From the NCBI GenBank assembly GCA_000002435.2, contig CM018791.1: a DNA stretch of 64,000 nt. One strand, 5' to 3'. The notes beneath the pieces are model-generated. The model ran no database searches and was not told the DNA's origin. It saw nothing but the letters and a program-made list of their open reading frames with translations. Source of the DNA: Giardia intestinalis (Eukaryota). The translations under genes were made by a program, and so were the position numbers. Of the stretch, positions 49,701 through 58,399 are shown piece after piece (the first letter of the stretch is position 1; the number at the start of each line of letters is the position of its first letter).

Positions 49701-52700
49701 CGTTCACTGGTTCGGTTGCCAAGACGAAGTCGGTTCTTCTTCCGCACAACCCTGGCTTGTGCGGGTGCACCACGATTGAGGTTCTCTTCAACACAAAACA
49801 GAGCAGTCGCATTGCAGAACTGGTGTCACTAGCGCTAGCAGAGCGTACTGTATTTAAATACAGGTCAGGGACCGCCTATCCCCAAGCAGAGATGTTTTCT
49901 TTCAAGTCCGGATCTTCTAACGATGCAAAAGCTCCGGGAGCGAACGTCAAGCAGGCCATCGATCTTATGAATAGATATATTAGAAATGGAAAGCTCCTAG
50001 TGCAGCCGCACGGTGACACGTTGAGCACGTCAGCTAGTCAACGCACTCTACCCAAGCTCGATGCCCCTGGTAGTGAGCTTGCCCTTTTGTCCATGCTTCA
50101 TACTGTGGCTACCAAGGACACTTCGGACTTTTATCAAGACTTTGCGACAGACTCTTCCAGTGTGATAAATTGCTATGCATTGGAGGTGATGATCACATGG
50201 TTTGCAAAGGGTCCCGTTGTTGCATTTAGTATTCTGCAGAAGACAAGCATACTTGATCTTGTGGCCAACTACCATCAGGTTCTTGCTCTCCTTTACTGCA
50301 TTGTTAGGCGAACGTGTAGGTTCATATGTGATACATTTGTACTAAGCTATAGACGAACTGTTGCTCTCCACCGCTTTCTATCCTTGGTTGAGTTGATGAG
50401 TGTCCAGGTGGGCCTCACCAGGCTGCTAGAAGCATGCTATAAGAGGTCTGTTCTATCCATTTTAGAGACGATTTCCCTGTCGGCTGTTTTTAATGATGAG
50501 TTCCTCTATGAAGTAGAAGGGCTGGTAAAGTCTCAGAATACCTTTGCACACTACTATGATCCTCATCATGTGTCAGATAGGACTCCATTTTTTGTAAGCT
50601 ATAACTCCTTGCTACGCTATGTCCGTGACTTCACTGGGAAGGATTATTCTTTTCCAGATAGCTACGAAGAGCCAAGCTTGCGGAAGGGAAGTCCAGAGTA
50701 CATCCGGCATATTAACGCGACCTCACTTTTTGTTGCAACAGGTCTTCTGTCGGACATTGTTGGACACGACACGCCCTGTCTTCCGGGATTTCTGATTTTC
50801 TACCTACATCTGTACCTTTGTCCTCAGCAGTATGACGACGCAAGTGATGTTAATTTCGCTATTCATCAGCGCCTTAAGAGCAAAGCAACACTCTCTGCTA
50901 CCGAAGTAGCTAAAATTGCCACCAATGCCGCCATATATAGGGCTCTTTCGCAGTTCATTAACATGCTCATTACTTCTAAGGATATATTTATCAGTTTTGA
51001 TAGTTTCCCAGATCATCTTGTCTCGCCAAGTACCAGTGATGTGATTCTTCTTTTGAAGCTGTGGCCTCTTTCACGTTACATGGGTTATCAGACAAACAGC
51101 AGCTCCAGTTTGATGCGCCATCTCTTAACTCTCAACACTGCAACATCTATCTTACAAAATGCCAAGGACCTAAGCGAGTTCAAATCGAAGCAGTCCTCTC
51201 CTGATATTGACGAGCAACATACTAGGCTACAGAAAGCATTTGAAGACAGTGTGGCCCATGCATCTTCATTTGTTTGCCGTGAGCTCGCAGACTCATTGAT
51301 ATGTGCTGCATTTAGCAGCCCTACGTACACGGCCCTCCTTCGGGAATTGAGTAGCAAGATTGAGACTCAGGCGGGAGCTGCCGATCACGCAGTGCCTTTG
51401 CGCCCGTCTATAGATGCTGTGGATTGTTGGGTTGATGAGGATGGTGACCGGGATGGTGACCAGGTGGGTTGTCGTCAGACATATGCGCAAGCGGTGAAGC
51501 TTTCCTGCAAATCTGACGAGATCATACTTGCAAGTCCTACACTGTCGGCGTTCCTCGATAGAGAAACTGTTCACTTGGGCAGTGATAGTGCAACATTACA
51601 AAAGGCTCTCATAGAGCAGCTAGAGTACTCCGGTCGTTATATTGGGTTCTTCACTTCTTTATACTACTTTATAGGGTATAGCTTCCGATTCGATGACTTT
51701 CTATCTACCGACCAGTCCCTTTCATTTGTGTCCACGCCTGTACTAGGGCGATGCACACCGGTTACCACTCTCCTGAAGACGACTGTCCTTGAGGAGGACG
51801 CTCACAGTCAGATAACAAATGCAATCCAGCTTTCTACTGTTATTGTGAAGTGTCTCATCCCCCGGATCAAGCGTGCCATCCATGAAGCAAGCGAATACAC
51901 CCGCGCATATATTAGTGATCTGATTGACATTCGCACAAAGGATGGTTATGTTGAGGGGATATCTATTCTTATGCGCACAGTTCTCAACATTACCGAATTG
52001 CCTTTGAACGATGTTAGTAATAAAGACATGTTGAAAATAGCGCACGTCGACGCCAGCTTTAGGATGTATGAACTCTTCAAGCAAGCTCTTGAAGATTCTA
52101 TTGTCGCGAAGCCTTTACTGGAGAGTCTTCGGGAGGAGCTCAAGCAAAAAGACATGCTGGTCGTCCTTACCACTCCAGCACTTTTTGCATGGAAAGATTT
52201 CTGTTCTCTCTCCTCCTCAGCCTCTATTTTTACTGTCCTTGCGTGCTTCAGTCTTTCTGACTCACTCCTCCCTACAACGAAGTCCGTAGTCTGGCTGGGT
52301 CATTATTACACCTCTGCCTTCGTCACTTCTCTTCTTTCGTCCATGCAACCTAATGGTGGAAATGCTTCCATAGACCTCGCTGAGCTTCTCCAGGGTCCTC
52401 TTCCAAACGCCTACTTGATTGGAGACGAGATTTCTGGAGCCATTGATGCTATTCTTTTGTCGTGTATCAACTCACAAGTAACTGATGATATCTTTCAAAA
52501 TACCGTTCTAGTTACAATTCTTCACGGAGTCCTTCAGACGCCATATGCAATGCAAGCGATAATTGCTCAGTATCAGTATATCAAGCTGATGATCAACACA
52601 GAACATCCATCGAAGTCTTTACTGAACAAGCTGCTTGCCTTGCTTGTCGGTCACACAGAGAGATATCTTTTTACTAGCTTCGAAAATAACCCGCCAGCAC

Positions 52701-55700
52701 TTCCGCCGTTCTACCCGCTTTATACGCACTGCGGTCTCGAGTCTCATTTTTCCTATGATTCCTTTAAGCCCCTTGTAGCACTTCTGTACATGATTGCGTT
52801 GTCAGAAGAGAATGTTGCAAGGCTTACTCACGCTGAACAAAAGGACCTCTACAGCTGCCTCATCGACTGCATCCTTACTCCTAGTGTGCGGAGGTCGTCC
52901 ACAATGACAGAGAGAATAGAATCAATTGCCTCTCTTCACAGTATGGCTACATCTGGGATAGTACTTTCTCCTATGTCACACCTCAAGCTTCGCGTAATCC
53001 AATCTACTGAGAAATATACAGATGTTTATAGGAAGATGTGCTCCAGCTTTATCTTTAACAACTCAAGCGCGGGCGTCTCTTCGGAGCTTGAGGAAAAGAT
53101 ACGGAGCTTGCTGGCGCTAACTGAGAGTGGCGAGCTGTTTGACGGTGTGGATGGACCCGGTATCTTGATAGAACACGCGCTACGCTCCAGGGCCAAGGAA
53201 GTCCTCAGTATTCTTGGAATAAAGTTCGACATGTTTTCGCTAATACTGGAATCGCTATGTTACCACCTACAGGAGACATACAATAAAGAGTTTGGCCCAT
53301 ATGTTGCTGGTGACGACAGAGAGGACCTCCGTGCCGGAGCAGCCAGGCTGACCAACGCAGAGTCCTACAAGCTTATCAGCGACGTTGCCACATTCTCGTA
53401 CGAGCTTTTAGACAGTATTTCTCTCGAGGGTTCTACCCATGCCAGTGCACTTCTTAGAAAGTACGCTGCATCGTCAGCATTCAAGGGTCTTGCAGCGCAG
53501 ACTTTGTTCTTCGTTGATGCAGATATACTGCATACCAAGGTGCCTCTTCTGCTGACTAGCATTAAAGGGGTATCGAGTAGCTTTGACAGCTTGAATTCTG
53601 ATTTGAGCCCCGAAGCCACCAAGGATTTAGCAACAGCCCTGCTGGGCGGTGATGTTATTGGTAGAAACATTGTGTCTGACTGGATTGACGTTTATCACAT
53701 GAGCTTCAACTACTACTGGAGGCACCGGAACAACGCCTTGGCCTTAACCGGAAACGCATACTACCCGTCCTGCGTTTCCCGCATTCTTGCCTCTTCTGTC
53801 TGTCTTCTTTCAACAAAGACGTCTTCAAGCACAGAGCAGAGCTCTTCATTTGATTATGACTCGTTCTTACTGTACCTATTATTAACCACGGCGTTCTTTT
53901 ATGTTTCTGTGCCTGCGTCTTTAAACGCAGTGCAATCTGATGTAGCCTTTCCAAAGAATTCTGGGATATATGAGCAGCTTCTTTACTATTCATCTACAAC
54001 CCCGCTTCCATTCGTATGCAATGAACCACAGACCGAGGGCACAACTCTTACCAATGTGGCTCGTAATATCATAAGCAAAGGGAGTCAATCCAGCAGCCTG
54101 TACAGCTCCATCCGTGATTTGCGTGCATCCAGGCGACACGATCTCTATTCACACAGGAATAGATTTGTAGCGAACATGATTAAAGAGAATAGTCCCAACA
54201 AGAGCGATGTTGCTTCTGCCTGCACACTGTCAACTCTCATGACTTGCTGCTATGTCTCGTTATTTTTGGAGTATGTTCATAGGAAGCAATCTACAGACGG
54301 CGGCTCACTTCCTACTCCAGGAGATAGCATATATAGAGGCCTTGTATCGTTGGTCAGCACAGCTCCTATTTCTAACATTTGTGACCCCAAGGCCCCGCTT
54401 CACTACATGGGCATTCCCATTTTTCTTCTAGCGCAACTAAAGCTTCCATTCGTTGATAACTTTATGATCAGACTCACGAGAGAATCATGGGCTTCTGAGC
54501 CGATTGCCGCCTTCTTATATCTATCTCTCTCAAACTCAGAACGGCTGGTCACAGGCCTCTTTTTGTCAAACTCTATTTCCTATACACAAGATTTGCCCGG
54601 AATGACGTTACTATCGTTTGCAGTTAGGCTCCTTGGCCTCGAGGTAGCCAGAGCGGACATTTTCCGCCAGCCCATGACCACTGATGCCGTCGGACGCCTA
54701 CTTGTCAATGCATACGCGAGTCAGCAGTCATCCAAGCGAGAGGTGACCAGTCTTCTATCTCTCAGGGATCTCAGCGATGACAGCCAAACAGAATACTTTC
54801 ATGGGATGCCCTACCATCTTTTCCTTCTACCGGCACAGGTTTCTTGGACTGAGGTTACAAAAGCGATTAAACATGCTATAGCTGCATCTACTTCTATCTT
54901 TCCAGACAGCTATTCAAGTGATCGTTTATATTGCCAGACAATTAATAGGCTTTCATCTTATGCTGGTAATACTTCATGTTTACTTCCGAAGGCTCTTAGC
55001 GAACTTGCAGATCTAGCTAGCGATCCCTGCTGGCAAGACCAACACGCGCAGCCCACGATTCTCTCGCTTCTGCGGGACATTCTTTCTGCTCTGCTCTCTA
55101 TCTGCCACGGTCTTCTAACTCCAGGTATTTTTTATACAACCGTTGCCGTGATTCTTCATGCATTTGGCGATGGACCTTCGTCGGTGGCGGGGGTGTCTGA
55201 CCTCCTCAAGAACTTGAGAGCTTTTTCAACCGATTATCTATTTCTCAACTACATTCTCCGTAAGTACTGCAGCCAGTCTGGTGAGAGTCTTGAGATCCTT
55301 CTATCCCTTCTGTCTGCATTTCTTTCTGCTCTTTCATTTTCAGAAGATACTCGGGCAGCGCACCGCCTTGCGGACGCCTTTGCTTCTAACATTGTGCACG
55401 GAGATCCTGCAGACCATGTATATGCGCAGAAGATATACTCATTGTATGTCCTGTTTGCCCCACCTGACAAACAGTGCAAGACTGAGTTTTTGCTAGAGGC
55501 GCTGAGGAGGCTTCCTGCGTGCAGAAAGTCATGGTTTATACCCTGGTTTACGAACAAGGCAATTGTTCCGGCGCTAGACTTGCCTCATGAACAGGTCCGC
55601 GAAGTTGTCCGACTGGCTTACACACGTAACATTCTCTCTGATAGTGACCCTAGTACATCAAGCAATTTGCTGGAGTTTCTGGACTTAAGCTCTACCGTGG

Positions 55701-58399
55701 ACATATCGCGCATTGTTACTAATATGTTGACAGAGTCATCTATCGTCGTCAAAGCAACTAGTGTGCTCTCTGCAGTACAGAACTTTGTCACAGTTAGCAA
55801 AACGTCTGGAGCAGAGAGTCTTTCCGCTATATCGCAAGCCTACTCTAATATTCTCCGAGGAATCTCATGGCAGGTAGCTTCTCTAGAGGATGTTGTTACT
55901 CTTTCGAATGTTTTGCAAAATCTGATGGATCTCCTCCTTGACATTGTGCCCGATATGGCGAGGGCTTATATCAGCGCTGTGCTGGCGGGTGATTCCACTT
56001 TGTTTATTGCCGCGTTTCCAGTCGCACACAATCTTGCACCTATGCCAGTCCCCTTATCTGCTAGGAGGAGTATCTGGAACGATATCGAAACCAGGAGCCC
56101 AACACTCGCTCCTGGTCCTGGTGTCTCCAACTCAAATGCACAGTCCAATGGATGGGTCGTGGAAAGTGACTCCGATTCTGCTGATAACACACGTGCAGCG
56201 GACACTCAAAACTTGCAGCCACCACGAGCCCCGACAACAGGACAACCATCCCAGCCCCATCCAAAGACAGGCTGGGACTGTAATACCGATACCACCGATT
56301 ATAGTGCAGATCCAGATATCGCTGAGAACTGCTGGGCTGCCGACCTGACTGACACAGATTATGAGGCGTGGTCCTCTAACGACGATGTCCCGGAGTCAAA
56401 AGAAGTCACTGATCCACTCAGCGCCAGGGCACTTTATAACGTCTCACAGCAGGGCGCTCCTTCACTTGGCGGTTCCTCTTGCAGACAGGCATATATACCA
56501 ATAGACGCCATTGAAAGGTGTGCAGCAATGCTCAGGCAGGCTATTCGGCTGCGAAAGACAGCAAATCATTATGTACCTTTGACAAAGAATTATTCTCTGC
56601 ACTTATTCAAGGGACTCTTCACTTCCTTGGATGGCGGGATCCCGCCTACTGCACGCTTCGCTCTTCTGAACCTAGACCATGAGAGTGCCATCATGGTAGT
56701 GAAGGATTTCATTATAAATGCATTCGCAGGAGAAGAGGCGAGCCTAACAGTTCCACATCTTGTAAGCCAAGAGGCTAGAGCATTGATCTCTTCCCAGACT
56801 CGATGCGACCAGCACATACTGAGCTCTGTTGGAGTGTTTGCTGTGCTCAACACCTCCTTGATATTTCAGCACCTTTCAGAGTTCATTCTATCATCCTATG
56901 TCTTTTGCCATGGACTGCCTTCAGACCTGCCAATATTTCGTGAAGATACTATTGAGTTTTTAAGATGGGTGTCTGCTAATGCATTAGAAATGGGCCTTGA
57001 TGAGACTTGTGCCATCACCTACTATACAGTCACTATCATCGACAAAGAACCTGATCTGGCCCTCCCCTTAGCACACCTTTTTCTTCGTTATCTTAAGGTA
57101 TATTGCTCTGAAGAAGAAAAGCATACACTAGTTTCAGAAGCAGTGACGAAGCTGTCCTTGAAAGACTCTGCACTAGTTTCCTCGTGGTTAACAGTGTCTG
57201 CTTTGTGTCTTTCCTCCGCCCTTTCTAGAACCGATTCCTCAAATATTGCCAAACTGGCTGTGATTCAGAATCTAGTCTCTGGGGCAGCGGACATCAGTTC
57301 CGAGCATCGATTGGAAGAGGAGGCTACGCTTCAACTTCTCTCCAAGCTTCAGCGAATCCTTGCACAGCTTTCGCGTGAGTTTACCTTAAGCACGTTGGAC
57401 CGTCTTGCAAACATCACGGCGCATCTTACCAACCTGTCTGAGGACTATCTGAGTAGCAACCGTGAGGCAATACTTTTATACATCAAGGTGCGCTATACGA
57501 GCGATGCAACTATTCTAAAACACAAGCTCTTAGCACCAACCTACGAGATTGGCTCTGTCCCCATCTCGAATGTGGATATCACTTCTTGCTCTCCACCTTC
57601 ATGCGACACTTCCTCCAGTGATGACTATCTCCAGCGCTCTCTTGTCACAATCTCGACTATGTTCCCACTCTCTCCTTCTGTAACCTCGCAGTCTCAGGAT
57701 CCCCTTCTTGAGTTTTCATTACGAATGATTGCCTTAGAGTTAGTACGCTCCTCGGTACAGCTTCCTCTGGCTCACTACCTTCTTTTCTGGGAGGCTGCAG
57801 AGGCTCTACTATCAAAGCAGTGTAGCTCTTCGTCTTTCAAGAAGCTGCTTCCAAAACTGGAAGAGGACTCTAGCAATAGAGACAAGTTTTTACTTTTCTA
57901 CACTGCGTTCTACACCACAACTCTTTCCGACATAAATGAATATAGAGACCAGGTGCAGGACAGGCTTGAGCGTCTTTTGCAGCTCACGGCAATACTCTCC
58001 AAGCCAATGCTTAATCTCAAGACCCTGTGTGTCTCACTTGAGCCCAACCAATATCTAGAAAGCCCAGTGTCCCTGCCAATGGTATCCTTATTGGGAATAG
58101 GCGCCCGTGGAAGCGCCCTCCTCCAGAAGATGCAGGGGACTGAGTTTGCAGATACCATAAAGACACTAATGGCGATTAAAGAGGATGTTTACAAGCTAAA
58201 TCTGTACAAGCCAAGTGCACAGCTTGCTGGGGCTTTTCCTCCAGAGCTGGATGGAATATGCACAGGGCTTCTCGGGGTTTATGTTGGAATCTCTGACAAT
58301 GACGTAGAGGCTAGATTGGCAGAGAAGCTCGGCTTAAGCCTTACCAGCGACTTTCGGCCATTAGCCATTCTACGAAATATAGCATCAAAAGTTATTTAA
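46790..58399 (+). CDS. Giant hypothetical protein (3869 aa), predicted alpha-solenoid. No nucleotide-binding or kinase motif recognised.
   Basis: Single 11.6-kb ORF with ATG behind gattcaaaaaaggttgagaagaaacaagat. It is Leu/Ser-rich with many predicted helical repeats. There are no dynein-type P-loops, no PIKK/FATC tail and no chorein N-terminus. Confidence 0.9.
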   Translation: MSPVTTELWGRTVHYVSDAHTNHILSRSNGYEGHHHKPPASVRALLQDISGLPRYSNYLFLEGADSTATHGKVSSLTRLYVPIINRPYSVVGPTNVATDRLGITDASFFNETIRVSNSFGPRARGWKCASSPTSDVAICICPALTFRRYLKQKGRDTKSLLDYLKATSSDSLLCFNTTTMELTHSLPLASINNIGPCSDISPIPFEIAATYLYSFMDLAPASASNKSAGTFPPGTYAALLTCCDSRIYLVIVANYKLKYIQLFTVLQPVPNLFASSITALSVQLLSASNSNSEVPRLLLLASGPLALATPQPAIVGLLSGVKANTRPPPVVCAYTVHFAIDASSLPHVTTSVSLVASSFMDLLSVAIQKGKGSLAQIPTPLRVVKNGKGPEIILAGQYRLFLKPLYLRRNGPKTTQVAREIAESAVADVSGISVAASIDAKSITGSVTSNLVPYRAEMVRAFGRNLWYFRRSFEDASSCAKRSLLPDPRTLTVSARFLLIDWLLLIVYIIGLLAYGFYGILIKVLARTEKLTIKVNRRETRGSYAVPVCVHPLLFNRPGGAYHCLIFLSDESVIGAKTVTFLLDHCHNSAPDTGVKLLQLYLLDRSTLQLPKNTHITSLSTRPILLHNDFKTTICSEKPPEYVCPQLLYIKQDQPGDQSAKNRLLSEMPEELSSAIKCASSHLCESIGNFDYRKTHTLLDQATEQLAVKASSSYLYCSSVQRSSLNRTSSSVRSLHSTTVDSTFGALDASTGTTPLLYLCMFSYSSNVFQLNIYTVDNGISCCYSLPISLEAIESSLKNLDALPSFADTADYSELCQAGHLMEMASQTISLSSKEVSTSVVAFHDSCADDTGDSDVDQTPGKKLEAVVLNRSETCRLSRASRIRRSQMIERPLVICAGTCSRQTREDTVRGIGSYLIDYCDLADGPSKTAVSECQSPGNAAAHSPWRQPQSDSYRVLHLPTVRDDAALSFSFTGSVAKTKSVLLPHNPGLCGCTTIEVLFNTKQSSRIAELVSLALAERTVFKYRSGTAYPQAEMFSFKSGSSNDAKAPGANVKQAIDLMNRYIRNGKLLVQPHGDTLSTSASQRTLPKLDAPGSELALLSMLHTVATKDTSDFYQDFATDSSSVINCYALEVMITWFAKGPVVAFSILQKTSILDLVANYHQVLALLYCIVRRTCRFICDTFVLSYRRTVALHRFLSLVELMSVQVGLTRLLEACYKRSVLSILETISLSAVFNDEFLYEVEGLVKSQNTFAHYYDPHHVSDRTPFFVSYNSLLRYVRDFTGKDYSFPDSYEEPSLRKGSPEYIRHINATSLFVATGLLSDIVGHDTPCLPGFLIFYLHLYLCPQQYDDASDVNFAIHQRLKSKATLSATEVAKIATNAAIYRALSQFINMLITSKDIFISFDSFPDHLVSPSTSDVILLLKLWPLSRYMGYQTNSSSSLMRHLLTLNTATSILQNAKDLSEFKSKQSSPDIDEQHTRLQKAFEDSVAHASSFVCRELADSLICAAFSSPTYTALLRELSSKIETQAGAADHAVPLRPSIDAVDCWVDEDGDRDGDQVGCRQTYAQAVKLSCKSDEIILASPTLSAFLDRETVHLGSDSATLQKALIEQLEYSGRYIGFFTSLYYFIGYSFRFDDFLSTDQSLSFVSTPVLGRCTPVTTLLKTTVLEEDAHSQITNAIQLSTVIVKCLIPRIKRAIHEASEYTRAYISDLIDIRTKDGYVEGISILMRTVLNITELPLNDVSNKDMLKIAHVDASFRMYELFKQALEDSIVAKPLLESLREELKQKDMLVVLTTPALFAWKDFCSLSSSASIFTVLACFSLSDSLLPTTKSVVWLGHYYTSAFVTSLLSSMQPNGGNASIDLAELLQGPLPNAYLIGDEISGAIDAILLSCINSQVTDDIFQNTVLVTILHGVLQTPYAMQAIIAQYQYIKLMINTEHPSKSLLNKLLALLVGHTERYLFTSFENNPPALPPFYPLYTHCGLESHFSYDSFKPLVALLYMIALSEENVARLTHAEQKDLYSCLIDCILTPSVRRSSTMTERIESIASLHSMATSGIVLSPMSHLKLRVIQSTEKYTDVYRKMCSSFIFNNSSAGVSSELEEKIRSLLALTESGELFDGVDGPGILIEHALRSRAKEVLSILGIKFDMFSLILESLCYHLQETYNKEFGPYVAGDDREDLRAGAARLTNAESYKLISDVATFSYELLDSISLEGSTHASALLRKYAASSAFKGLAAQTLFFVDADILHTKVPLLLTSIKGVSSSFDSLNSDLSPEATKDLATALLGGDVIGRNIVSDWIDVYHMSFNYYWRHRNNALALTGNAYYPSCVSRILASSVCLLSTKTSSSTEQSSSFDYDSFLLYLLLTTAFFYVSVPASLNAVQSDVAFPKNSGIYEQLLYYSSTTPLPFVCNEPQTEGTTLTNVARNIISKGSQSSSLYSSIRDLRASRRHDLYSHRNRFVANMIKENSPNKSDVASACTLSTLMTCCYVSLFLEYVHRKQSTDGGSLPTPGDSIYRGLVSLVSTAPISNICDPKAPLHYMGIPIFLLAQLKLPFVDNFMIRLTRESWASEPIAAFLYLSLSNSERLVTGLFLSNSISYTQDLPGMTLLSFAVRLLGLEVARADIFRQPMTTDAVGRLLVNAYASQQSSKREVTSLLSLRDLSDDSQTEYFHGMPYHLFLLPAQVSWTEVTKAIKHAIAASTSIFPDSYSSDRLYCQTINRLSSYAGNTSCLLPKALSELADLASDPCWQDQHAQPTILSLLRDILSALLSICHGLLTPGIFYTTVAVILHAFGDGPSSVAGVSDLLKNLRAFSTDYLFLNYILRKYCSQSGESLEILLSLLSAFLSALSFSEDTRAAHRLADAFASNIVHGDPADHVYAQKIYSLYVLFAPPDKQCKTEFLLEALRRLPACRKSWFIPWFTNKAIVPALDLPHEQVREVVRLAYTRNILSDSDPSTSSNLLEFLDLSSTVDISRIVTNMLTESSIVVKATSVLSAVQNFVTVSKTSGAESLSAISQAYSNILRGISWQVASLEDVVTLSNVLQNLMDLLLDIVPDMARAYISAVLAGDSTLFIAAFPVAHNLAPMPVPLSARRSIWNDIETRSPTLAPGPGVSNSNAQSNGWVVESDSDSADNTRAADTQNLQPPRAPTTGQPSQPHPKTGWDCNTDTTDYSADPDIAENCWAADLTDTDYEAWSSNDDVPESKEVTDPLSARALYNVSQQGAPSLGGSSCRQAYIPIDAIERCAAMLRQAIRLRKTANHYVPLTKNYSLHLFKGLFTSLDGGIPPTARFALLNLDHESAIMVVKDFIINAFAGEEASLTVPHLVSQEARALISSQTRCDQHILSSVGVFAVLNTSLIFQHLSEFILSSYVFCHGLPSDLPIFREDTIEFLRWVSANALEMGLDETCAITYYTVTIIDKEPDLALPLAHLFLRYLKVYCSEEEKHTLVSEAVTKLSLKDSALVSSWLTVSALCLSSALSRTDSSNIAKLAVIQNLVSGAADISSEHRLEEEATLQLLSKLQRILAQLSREFTLSTLDRLANITAHLTNLSEDYLSSNREAILLYIKVRYTSDATILKHKLLAPTYEIGSVPISNVDITSCSPPSCDTSSSDDYLQRSLVTISTMFPLSPSVTSQSQDPLLEFSLRMIALELVRSSVQLPLAHYLLFWEAAEALLSKQCSSSSFKKLLPKLEEDSSNRDKFLLFYTAFYTTTLSDINEYRDQVQDRLERLLQLTAILSKPMLNLKTLCVSLEPNQYLESPVSLPMVSLLGIGARGSALLQKMQGTEFADTIKTLMAIKEDVYKLNLYKPSAQLAGAFPPELDGICTGLLGVYVGISDNDVEARLAEKLGLSLTSDFRPLAILRNIASKVI

